A stretch of DNA of 63,959 nucleotides, filler included, from Dimargaris cristalligena (taxonomy: Eukaryota): NCBI GenBank assembly GCA_003614675.1. It is 19 parts of 19 records of this genome, joined end to end, with 100 filler letters (N's around TTAATTAATTAA, not from the genome) between each part and the next. Parts side by side here need not be neighbours in the genome. Positions count along the whole stretch, not along the records: positions 37,357 to 40,618 come from ML003994.1; positions 40,719 to 43,974 come from ML003995.1; positions 44,075 to 47,322 come from ML003997.1; positions 47,423 to 50,662 come from ML003998.1; 15 more parts are not named here. The stretch is one strand, 5' to 3'. Below are positions 37,401 through 47,721 of the stretch, piece after piece. A model generated the notes under the pieces. The model searched no databases and was not told the origin of the DNA. It was given only the letters and a program-made list of their open reading frames with translations. Position numbers and translations under genes: made by a program. Numbering within the stretch: the stretch's first letter is position 1; every line of letters starts with the position of its first letter.

Positions 37401-40400
37401 TAGATCTTAGAGACATTTGGGTTGGGTGGAATGGATGAAGAGTCATCACCGAGCATATAGGTAGAAATTAAGTCAAAGAAATGAAAAAAAAAAACGCCGT
37501 AGCCCACTAAAGAGAATTTAACCAATACGAGGTAAACCGAATGGATATTTGAGTATTTCAGTCCAGGCTGAGGTTAAGCAATTCGAATGCTCTGGAAATG
37601 TCGGCTTTAGCTCTAGCCAAGCCTATTTGTACAAAAGGTTCATTAAATCGCGCATTTATAGCAAGTAAGTTGGCCTAATAACACAACGATGTAACTGTTT
37701 ATTACTTGGAGGTTCGAGTGATGGGTAGCGAATGTATTGTTAAGGAGGCTGGTTTTTTTATTATTCAATAGATAAATAGAGGTGGAAGCAAAATAGTTCC
37801 TGATAGGGTAGTTGAGCCCATTGATAAATTTGCGATTGCCAAGCCGATGGTAGGCAAAAATAACATATTATTTCAGTCGGATGATGCAAGGAATAGGGGA
37901 GAGATTCAGCCAGGCTGCATAATGAAAAATCCGTTGGATAGGAAAAATGCCGCCGGTTGCAAATAAATCACCCGCCTATGATCCTATACACATATCATTC
38001 AAATCCTTATACAGCTGTGCTGAATACTCCCCATCTGATGTATAAGGCAGATGCTACTGATCGTAAAGCCCATGTTCCACCCATTTAATTATACATATAT
38101 TGCCTAAAACTGTAGGTAAATATGTTAGCTTAACCTGTACAATAATGGTAATAAAAATAATAATATCTAAACGGCCTGTAATAATGTTTTTCCGGACTAA
38201 AGACACTAATTAAACGGCCCAAGAAATTCAAACTCGACTGCTCTAAATTGATGTTCGTATATTCATTAACATGAACTCACTCACCTTTAAATTCAAAATA
38301 CTGGCTGGTAAATGTCCACCAGTTACGTAAACAGAAGCCTGGGAAGCAACCCATTGACTAGGAAGACAGCATAGCTATGCTACAGAAAGGGAGGAGAAAT
38401 CCTGCCCAATGTCTAAAGTCCATCCATGGTTTCCTGCGACACAAAATCAGAAGAGCTGTTCAGAAGAAGAATGGTTACTACGGCGATGCCAATATTCTTC
38501 CGGGATACCAGCATACAGTTGAATTCGTGAAAGCATGGCGCACCCGCCAAACTATAAGCCATCTAGAACTCGCATTTACATCCCCAATCACCGAGGGCAT
38601 CGCCAAAGTCCAATATTAATAAAACCGCTATTTAATTTACATGATTTATCCTAATAGTAACTTGAATGGTCACGAGCAATTCTCGGTCCATCTATTGTCC
38701 CAGTCGATTCCCGAAATGCAGGAAGCGACACCATTCCTATTAGGGGCGCTGTATTTGGCCAATGACTATGGCCATGCCTTGATGTTGGCCATTCAATTGA
38801 TGGCTAAGCAGGTCCGGTAGGGTTGAATGGAAGCCATCAACAATGCAGTACAGTGGTTGACAAGCAGATTTATCTTCCCCGAAAAAGACATACAATGAGT
38901 AATAATGAAGAATTCACTAGTCAGGGCCATTCTGATCATCCCCGTGAAAATAGACCTCGAAGTTTTTGGTGCTTTTCTTCACTGTTGTCCCAAAAAAATA
39001 ATTTTTTAGAAGCCCCCAGTCAAAAGCCCCAGTTATAGCCCTATCCCAGGACCAAGTGCCATAGGTAGGGTGCCTTAGACCATTACACCAGTTGACTGCG
39101 CCTAATTATAATACAATGGCTATTGTAATATATATTCACGGAGTCACTTGACTTGGTAACAAGGAGGATACCGAGGCATGATAGCCATTCCATGGCCAAT
39201 TCCTAATATGCATCACCGATTAAGTCATTGTCTGCATATTAAATTTTTGAAAAAGCCACATGAAGGTAGTCCGCTTTGAAGAGATAGATAGGTACTACTT
39301 AAACTGAATCTGCTTAATAAATTTACCAACCGATTATAAAAAGGCAAATGGATGTCATTCCCAGTATCCACACACCAACCCCATATCCTGGATAGTTATT
39401 GATAATCATTACTCCAGTGTCTCCTCACCAAATTATTCTTCCCCCCATTTCCCTTCTCCCTCTTTCCCTTGCCAAATTTACATGCTCAGGCCTTCCCCTG
39501 AATCAATGCAGGTAGTAATCAATTCTAGCCACCCACAACAGGGTGGCACCATATATCCCTCCTTTGTATTGAGGGATTACATTGTGCATGACCCCCAGGC
39601 CAGACTTTCCAAAGCTGACCGGGGTAATGCTAATCAACCAGCCTCCAGTTAGACCAAATTTTGGAGGTGCCTGCCAAAGTGCAGGTTAAATGAGGTTGGT
39701 GCATAATAATTATATCTAATAAATTTGTAACTGTATATGGTTGTATGTAGCTGGATAAAGCACCCCTTTTATATTCCGTTTTTTATTTATTAAATAAAAC
39801 AGGCCAATAAACCAAAAGATATATGTATATGGAGCCTGGACTAGGATAAAGCCCAGTAATAAAGTGATTATAATATGATATTTTTTATAGATGATAATGT
39901 TGTGGTGATATGAATAATAGAGAGGCTGTGGAGGAATGTCTTTGTTTGGTTTGACGGAAATTACTGAATTGGCTAACTGATGCAGCTAAATTAACTTCTA
40001 AACTACCGGGCTTATTATACATGTTAATCAGGGTAATGTTTGATTTTGTGTAGACCGATTGTATGTTTGATATGCATTTTCAAACTGCTACCAGTAGCTG
40101 TAGATGCTTCATGTAATAATATATGAGTGTCTTCTAGTTGACTTTGATATAATTAAATAATTGTAGTATATTTAACATAGCATTATCTATTGTAAAGCTC
40201 CATTCCTATTCCATTGTCTACTTTAATAATGGCCATGTGTCAGCTAGATCTTGATGTAAAACAGTTGGTTTTATGTATATGTATCTATAATGCTGAAATA
40301 TTATTAATTAAATGGGTTTAATTAATGGGTTAATTGAAGCTAAAGCACTCCATAAATATGTGTCTCCATCATATATTATAGTCTAAAGACTTAATTAGCA

Positions 40401-40718
40401 TAGCCACTTCTCTTATCACTTTTGCAGTTAGTGGGTGTATATTATGACATATATAGTATTCTGCCTATATAGTGCTATCCGGAGGTTGGCACTTATCCCC
40501 AGACTATGGACAGCCAGTCCTCATTGTCAGAGGGTGGAATATACCATGACATGCAATGGTAGTATCACTCCCACCATTTACCCACAAATATATATATATA
40601 TATATACTGCCTACACTGNNNNNNNNNNNNNNNNNNNNNNNNNNNNNNNNNNNNNNNNNNNNTTAATTAATTAANNNNNNNNNNNNNNNNNNNNNNNNNN
40701 NNNNNNNNNNNNNNNNNN

Positions 40719-41122
40719 CATAGTAACAATCTACTATCATTATCACAGACTGTCATAGTAACAGCCTACTATCATCATCACAGACTGTCATAGTAACAGC
40801 CTACTATCATCATCACAGACTGTCATAGTAACAGCCTACTATCATCATCACAGACTGTCATAGTAACAGCCTACTATCATCATCACAGACTGTCATAGTA
40901 ACAGCCTACAGCCATAATAACAGACTGTCATAGTAACAGCCTATAAAAATAATAACAGACTGTCATAGTAACAGCCTACAACAATAATAACAGACTGTCA
41001 TAGTAACAGCCTATAAAAATAATAACAGACTGTCATAGTAACAGCCTACAACAATAATAACAGACTGTCATAGTAACAGCCTACAACAATAATAACAGAC
41101 TGTCATAGTAACAGCCTACAAC
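40719..41122. repeat. 35-bp tandem array (about 11.5 units)
   Basis: A constant 24-bp core ACAGACTGTCATAGTAACAGCCTA plus an 11-bp variable part, at an exact period of 35 (40746, 40781 ... 41096). Confidence 0.97.
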
Positions 41123-42039
41123 TATGAATACTCACCCTTGCAAAGTGCTGTTGGTCAGGGATTCTATATAGAAGCAGAGTATGGCAATAGCATAGGTATA
41201 ATAGGTAGATTAGTCTCTATTCATAATATATATAATATTAGATAGGCATAGTAACACTCTATAATCATAGTAATACACTAGCATAGTAACAGCTTATAAA
41301 TCTCATACTTACACTTGCAAAGTGCTGTTAACTGGGTTTCTATATAGAGGAAAAGTACAGCAATGATATAGGCTTAGAGGCATAGGAGTTAGTCATTATT
41401 CAATACTATATATAATATCAGGGTCCATAGATAGCATAGGTAACAGAGACAATAAAATACACTATAGATATGTCTTACAACTGGGCTTGGAACTGGTGGG
41501 TACTTGGGAAAGTAAATGAGTAAGGAAGAAAGGAGAATTTACAAGAAAGAGACAGATGCAAGGGTTTATATATCTACATATAAACTTAGCAGTAAATAAA
41601 ATGTGCTACTATCATCACCACTACTTTTTTTTTCACTAGGGAAGTTTTTTTTTCACTCCCTTTGCTATTATCTAAGACTATTGTTCTATCTCAGCCAATA
41701 ATCTATTTCCTTTCTTTTCATTCACATGATCATTTCCCCTTTCCTCAGCTTAAGTGAGTCACTTATTTTTAGTGAAAATTTCTCATTTGCTTAAAACTTT
41801 TAGACTGCATTCTCCTTTTTTTCCCATTGTATAATCCATGGAAAGCCCACTCTAGAGATTTTTTTCTAAGTGTATCTATATTGAGTTCTACTAAGTCTAG
41901 CTAGTTCCCTTTTGCCTATATATACTTCCCTGGTTTTGCCTTCCTTTATTCTACATCCTCTTTCTATATTCCTAACTGTCTCCCAGTATCTACCCCTCTC
42001 CCAGCCTCTGCCCAGCCACAGTCCTAAGTCTTCTGCCCA

Positions 42040-42410
42040 CTATATCTGCCCCTGCCTCCCCTTCCCTTTCTGCCACCATGTCTGCCCCTGCCTCCCCTTC
42101 CCTTTCTGCCACCATGTCTGCCCCTGCCTCCCCTTCCCTTTCTGCTACCATGTCTTCCCCTGCTTCTCCTTCCCTTTCTGCCACCATGTCTGCCCCTGCC
42201 TCCCCTTCCCTTTCTGCCACCATGTCTGCCCCTGCCTCCCCTTCCTCTTCTGCCCACTATATCTGCCCCTGCCTCCCCTTCCCTTTCTGCCACCATGTCT
42301 GCCCCTGCCTCCCCTTCCCTTTCTGCCACCATGTCTGCCCCTGCCTCCCCTTCCCTTTCTGCTACCATGTCTTCCCCTGCTTCTCCTTTTCTTTCTGCTA
42401 CTATGTCTAC
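42040..42410 (+). repeat. 36-bp coding-type tandem repeat (MSAPASPSLSAT)
   Basis: About 10 units. One variant unit near 42250 shifts the frame between the 42078 and 42295 ORFs. Confidence 0.92.
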
Positions 42411-43563
42411 CCCTGTTCCTGCCCAGTTATCTCTGCCCACCAACTCTGCCCCTGTCCCTGTACCTACCCAGTCTCCTGTGCCCACCAAATCTGTCTCTCC
42501 CCCTGTCCAAGGCCCTTTGCCCACCATGACTGCTCCAACTACAGCCAAGGTTACCACTCCCAAGAGTCCTGAGCCCACTGCCAACACCACTAAGCCCACT
42601 AAGGCCACTGAGTCCACTGCCACTGCCACTACCACCAAGAACCCTGTGTCCACTATCACCACTGCCAAGCCCCCTCTGCCCACCAAGAGAGCCACTACTG
42701 CCAAGATGCCCCCTCCCCTCTGTGTAGCCCCCATGTGTAAGCCATTAAGATACCATTTAGTGTCTGACTTGGCTGGGGCTGATGTCCTTGAGTTTGCCCA
42801 TGAGGACTTCCACTATGGCCCTTATGCTTTGTATAAGAAGATATGTGGTCAGAACATTACTTGGAAGAGTATTGGGACTGATATTTTGGCAGCTACTTCA
42901 GCCTGTGATATGTGTAAGTGGGTCACTACTTCCCCTTATTTCCCCCCTGCCCCAAGAGCCTGGGTTGAGGCAGGGCTTGAGCATGCCTGTCCACCCCCTA
43001 CTTGCCAGTCAGTCACTCCACTTGCCTCTAACTCCACCAAGTTGAATCCTTCCCAGCAGCCCAGAGTGCCTACAGCCAACAAGACTACCACCAGTCCCAC
43101 CAGGCCCTTCCTTAGACCATTCTCCAAGCCCTATTCCAGTCCCAGCAGTTCCAATAGTTCCACTTGTTCCAGCAGGTCTGTCAAATCCACCAGTAGCCAT
43201 CCCAGCTCTTCCACCAGTTCTATCAAATCCACCACCAGCAGCCCCACCAAGTTAGTTAGGTCCAGCTCCAATTCCTCCACCAGTTCCAACAGAACCATCT
43301 CCCCCATCACCACTCCCACCAGGTCCTCTGCCTCCAAGAGACCCCTTATGCATGACTCTGACTCTGACTGGCATGATGGCCCCATTACTCACTATAGCCA
43401 TGTATCCACTGGTCCCAAGCCCAAGCTGCCAGGCATCCCTAAAGCCATGTGGAAACCCAGACCTTTTGACCCCACCTTTGATCAGCCTATTGTAAAGAAG
43501 GGCAAGAGCAGTGATGGCTGCCCAGTTTATCATATTAGCTATAATACCAATTATTATTACTAA
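42295..43563 (+). CDS. P/S/T-rich protein with an integrase-type HHCC zinc-binding motif
   Basis: 422-aa ORF containing AHEDFHYGPYALYKKI...W..I..DI......CDMC between low-complexity arms. No DDE core visible. Confidence 0.55.
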   Translation: MSAPASPSLSATMSAPASPSLSATMSSPASPFLSATMSTPVPAQLSLPTNSAPVPVPTQSPVPTKSVSPPVQGPLPTMTAPTTAKVTTPKSPEPTANTTKPTKATESTATATTTKNPVSTITTAKPPLPTKRATTAKMPPPLCVAPMCKPLRYHLVSDLAGADVLEFAHEDFHYGPYALYKKICGQNITWKSIGTDILAATSACDMCKWVTTSPYFPPAPRAWVEAGLEHACPPPTCQSVTPLASNSTKLNPSQQPRVPTANKTTTSPTRPFLRPFSKPYSSPSSSNSSTCSSRSVKSTSSHPSSSTSSIKSTTSSPTKLVRSSSNSSTSSNRTISPITTPTRSSASKRPLMHDSDSDWHDGPITHYSHVSTGPKPKLPGIPKAMWKPRPFDPTFDQPIVKKGKSSDGCPVYHISYNTNYYY

Positions 43564-44075
43564 TGGTTAGATTAGTTTCATTGACTGTTTCTTACCCATT
43601 CTTATTTTTGTTATTAAAAACGTCTTTGGATTTTATTTGGATATTATCTTGTGATAAATATATCTGATCTTAGTGGTGATGGTGTTTATTGGAAATAGTT
43701 GGCTAAGTTAATTACATGAATTGGGTGATAGTCATGGTATCCCTTTCACTTCCATACTGGGTAACTGCTATAGTCTTATAGCTGACCCAACCTTAATTTG
43801 GTAATAAAGCTACTCTATACTAATTCAACTGTTCACTCTCTATTTATTAGGGCAGTTTATTACATAATCGTAGTACTAATGGAAATCAAAAATAATAATA
43901 AAGGCAAGCTGTTTACTCATAGAGGTGGCGAGTGGTAACTGTAGGCGGGTGGTATTAGATGGAGGGAATTAGAANNNNNNNNNNNNNNNNNNNNNNNNNN
44001 NNNNNNNNNNNNNNNNNNTTAATTAATTAANNNNNNNNNNNNNNNNNNNNNNNNNNNNNNNNNNNNNNNNNNNNC

Positions 44076-46145
44076 CTTGCCCTAACGGCTTCGGCAGTAA
44101 ATGCTGCAACGGGAGCCTATGGAGGATACCAGTATGCCCCAGCTCAACCGAATGAACAGCCCCAATCTTTCCAGCCGCATCAATATGAAAAATACAATAA
44201 CGGCCAATATCCTACCAACATCATTAACAGCTATTTCGAGTCTCCCTACGATGAACCTTCGGCACTTTTGGACGGCCAGGATAACTGGAAAGGTTATCAT
44301 CAAGGGCCGACCTATCTCAATCATCCGTACGAACAAGACTACGCCTACCACACTGCTCAGCACTTAAACTACGACCCCCGCGCTCGTTCGCGTGGTTATA
44401 TGGTAGCACAGCCTTCGGAATACCGCCCTCAACCAATCCCCCTCCCCCGCAATCAGCCCCGAGTAAACTTGGGCCAGCCGACGTACCCTACTCGTCAATA
44501 CTTTCAAAGTATACCCCAGCGGAACTATCAATCGAGACCGGATTTCGGCCACCAACAACAGTGGGAAGATATCCAACAGAACGCGGGTGTCCAGCCGATT
44601 GGCCCTAATTATGGGTACAACGAACCGCCGGCAATCTCTGCGTACCCACCTAATGGCCAGCCGGACCAACCGACAGGACCACCCCAATTTCCGGTCGCCA
44701 AACACTACTACAAGGGTACACTGTTAGAACATGCTTGGCTACCGGATGAACAGAAAAACAAGCAGTACCAGTCGTATGGTAGTTTCCAGCAACCTACCAA
44801 TGCTTACCAACCTCAACAATATATTCGACAGAATGGGGATATGTACGCAGCCATGGAAGCCCAGAGCCATTGGAGTGGTGTTCCATTTCAAGCGAATGAG
44901 CCCGCCACTTATTACGACGGTGTGGGCAATCAGCAGATGTACGGATCCACCGGCCAGGGTGAACCACAGTTATCATGGGCACCTAGGTATCAACCGAGAC
45001 GTTTAAAACTATCACATCGGACTTACCGGCAGCCTACTGGCGCCTACCCACCTCAACAGCATAATGGGCAGCCTGGGGGCGAGTACACGGCCGTAGAAGC
45101 CCAAGGCGGACCGAAATATGCTTCCACTCAAACCGATGAGTTTGCCTATAATGACCAAAATGAGTTCAATCTGCCGTTGAATGAATCCACCGGCCAGGAT
45201 CAAGGGCTGGCCGTGGTACAGGGTCATTTAAAGAACATATTAGACAAAAAATACTCTGAGAGCGAACTTGATCCCTATAGTTTCTCTCATTTTGGCCCCA
45301 ACGAGGCGTACCCACCCAAGTTCGTAAGTGAAGTGCCGCCCCCATTTGTTGTGCCTGAGGAACCAGTGTCATCGATGGATATCATATCTGAGAACAAGGC
45401 ATCCGGGGTGGTACTAGATCAATATGGGTATCCTCCACCTAGCCCACTAGCCCACCAACCGATGCAAGCCGAGTCGTTCGAACAGGTCGATGCCATGGAT
45501 AATCAGATCCCTAACCTAAACGCCAGTGGCTCTGTCGCCGAAAATGTGCCCACCCCCCTAGTCAACGATGCAGTAGTAGAGTATACTGAAACTTCCATCG
45601 CCCAGCCACTGAATTCCCCGTCTGACATCCATTCGGTGGCTACTCCTTCCGCCCCAGCATCGGAATATCAGAACACAGGCGTCAGTGGAGCTTCCCGTGC
45701 CAGTAGTCAAAGGCATAGTCCCGAGCCACAGAAAACTAGGAATTTATTTAACGAACATCAGTCCTATAAAACGGAGGTTGAAGACTCGGACAATACTGAA
45801 TTTGCTCAGGAGCCTTCTAGCCTCTCTCCCGTCATGGGAACCGAAGCAAAGAAGCTCGTCAATCAGGACGAAGGCGACCATGATAAACCCGTGGAGGACA
45901 TCACTGAGTACGACTATATCCCCGAGCGTAAACCTTCAAATACCAGTTTTTGGGGCTATCGTCTACCTGGACTTTCAAGTCGCTGGAGTCAACGAGCCCC
46001 CCCTTCGGATTCGGAAGCCCAGACCACCACTGCACTGGATACTACCTCTGCGGCTGCTACTGCCCCTTCCCAATATCTAGATTCGTCCTGGTGGGGCACC
46101 TATAACAGTGCTAAAAACTATTTGGGATTCACCTCAGCCAAATAA
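44076..46145 (+). CDS. Probable secreted Q/P/Y-rich low-complexity protein (5' truncated)
   Basis: The frame is open from the contig start (LALTASAVNA-ATGAYGGYQY, the tail of a signal peptide) through the 625-aa ORF. CpG is retained. Confidence 0.75.
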   Translation, partial: LALTASAVNAATGAYGGYQYAPAQPNEQPQSFQPHQYEKYNNGQYPTNIINSYFESPYDEPSALLDGQDNWKGYHQGPTYLNHPYEQDYAYHTAQHLNYDPRARSRGYMVAQPSEYRPQPIPLPRNQPRVNLGQPTYPTRQYFQSIPQRNYQSRPDFGHQQQWEDIQQNAGVQPIGPNYGYNEPPAISAYPPNGQPDQPTGPPQFPVAKHYYKGTLLEHAWLPDEQKNKQYQSYGSFQQPTNAYQPQQYIRQNGDMYAAMEAQSHWSGVPFQANEPATYYDGVGNQQMYGSTGQGEPQLSWAPRYQPRRLKLSHRTYRQPTGAYPPQQHNGQPGGEYTAVEAQGGPKYASTQTDEFAYNDQNEFNLPLNESTGQDQGLAVVQGHLKNILDKKYSESELDPYSFSHFGPNEAYPPKFVSEVPPPFVVPEEPVSSMDIISENKASGVVLDQYGYPPPSPLAHQPMQAESFEQVDAMDNQIPNLNASGSVAENVPTPLVNDAVVEYTETSIAQPLNSPSDIHSVATPSAPASEYQNTGVSGASRASSQRHSPEPQKTRNLFNEHQSYKTEVEDSDNTEFAQEPSSLSPVMGTEAKKLVNQDEGDHDKPVEDITEYDYIPERKPSNTSFWGYRLPGLSSRWSQRAPPSDSEAQTTTALDTTSAAATAPSQYLDSSWWGTYNSAKNYLGFTSAK

Positions 46146-47424
46146 ATCAACACCTGGCTATGGACTCCTCAGTGGCCACATATCTAGGTGGTCAGCAGTA
46201 TGTAGCTGGGTGTCTTTATCTATTATAGTTTTCATAAATGCTGCGACAATTTCATCATATTTTCTTATATAGGATTATTCAATCACCTTGTTCTTCTACA
46301 ATTTTAGTATTTCACCACTACCGATTATTGATTCAAATTACAGCAGTCTACCGGCAATCTCAAAGTGAATTAGATAAATAGTTTTTATATAGCAGCAGAT
46401 TGGACTTATGTTAATATTTATGATCAACATAATTCCAATTGAGCACATAATTACAATTTGTTTAAAGGGTCAGCCTGTGAACTTAAGCTAGGAATTAACC
46501 TTAAGCTATTGAGCTGGATGCCACCTGGGTTAACCACTCTTAGTCCATCAAGAGTACCAAGGATGGACTTCTAATGGCAGGTGGGGCTTAGACTCAGCTA
46601 AGTAGGCTACTAGCATCAGGTATAGGGCATAATACTAACAAATATAGGCTAAGCAGTAGGTATATGCAAGGGACATGTAGCAGGCAGACTTATGGGTCAG
46701 TACAAAGGGGTGAGCATATATAGAGCTTATTAGGGTAAACTATGGGTATAAGAATAAGCTAAGATATCTAACCAGTCCCAAAGGGGCCCAGTTATATATA
46801 TATAGGGATGCCTCCAGAGGGAGGTCCTAAGGGAAGGATATTATTAGAATATTAAGAACATAAATAAATAAAACTGGAAGTAAGGGAAGAAAGCAGCTAG
46901 AGGACAGTAGGTGCCTCTAGGTAGCTAGTTTTATTAAACTGTAACTTTGATATAGTGAAATATAAGTAATTAAACTGAAAGGTCTCATGATAGTAGAATA
47001 AACTATTATTGCCTGCTGTCACCTGGGTTTACCACTCTTAGTCCATCAAGAGTCCTAAGGATAGGCTTCTAATGGTAGTCAGGGCTTAGACTTGGCCAAG
47101 TGGGCTACTAGTATTAGGTATGGGGCATGGTACTAAGTAATAAAGGCTTAGGTGATTGGTTATGCAAGGGATGTGCAGTGGGCACACTTATGGGTCAGTA
47201 CAAGGGGGTGAGTATATAATGAGTTTATTGGGGTAAACTATGGGGGTAAGAAATAAGCTAAGGAACTGAACCAGTCCCAGAGGGGCCTAGTTATTTATAT
47301 GTGGGGACTGCTCATAACAAGGNNNNNNNNNNNNNNNNNNNNNNNNNNNNNNNNNNNNNNNNNNNNTTAATTAATTAANNNNNNNNNNNNNNNNNNNNNN
47401 NNNNNNNNNNNNNNNNNNNNNNAC

Positions 47425-47721
47425 GATGCCCTTGCCGACCAGGATAGCTCCCATTTGGCGAACCTACATCGCCGTGCAGAAGACGGGTGTCCAGTTCCAT
47501 TGGCCAATGTTGAGGAATGGTCCGCAGGTGCAGCTGCTGGTTGTGGGTGTTGTGAGGGCCCTGCACAATGTTGTCTCTGTCTGGGTTGCATCGTCCCATT
47601 TGCATTTTTCAATATTTTTATAGCGGCTCCCACTCATGTACTTGCCTGCATATTCACCTGTGGAGGAAGCTGTAGTGAGGCGTCCTTATATGGGATTAGC
47701 ACCGAAACTCAAACTGATTAA
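47425..47721 (+). CDS. 3' end of a small Cys-rich protein with an LHRR dibasic site
   Basis: Open from the contig start: DALADQDSSHLANLHRR-AEDGC..., with 11 Cys and a hydrophobic segment after RR. Confidence 0.55.
   Translation, partial: DALADQDSSHLANLHRRAEDGCPVPLANVEEWSAGAAAGCGCCEGPAQCCLCLGCIVPFAFFNIFIAAPTHVLACIFTCGGSCSEASLYGISTETQTD

Noticed and set aside
40719-41122. CRISPR-like repeat-spacer array
   Set aside because: The variable parts are only 11 bp and repeat each other, there are no cas genes, and the context is eukaryotic. It is a minisatellite.
41912-42734. Cys-rich and Gly/Arg-rich overlapping ORFs
   Set aside because: Alternative frames of the 36-bp repeat.
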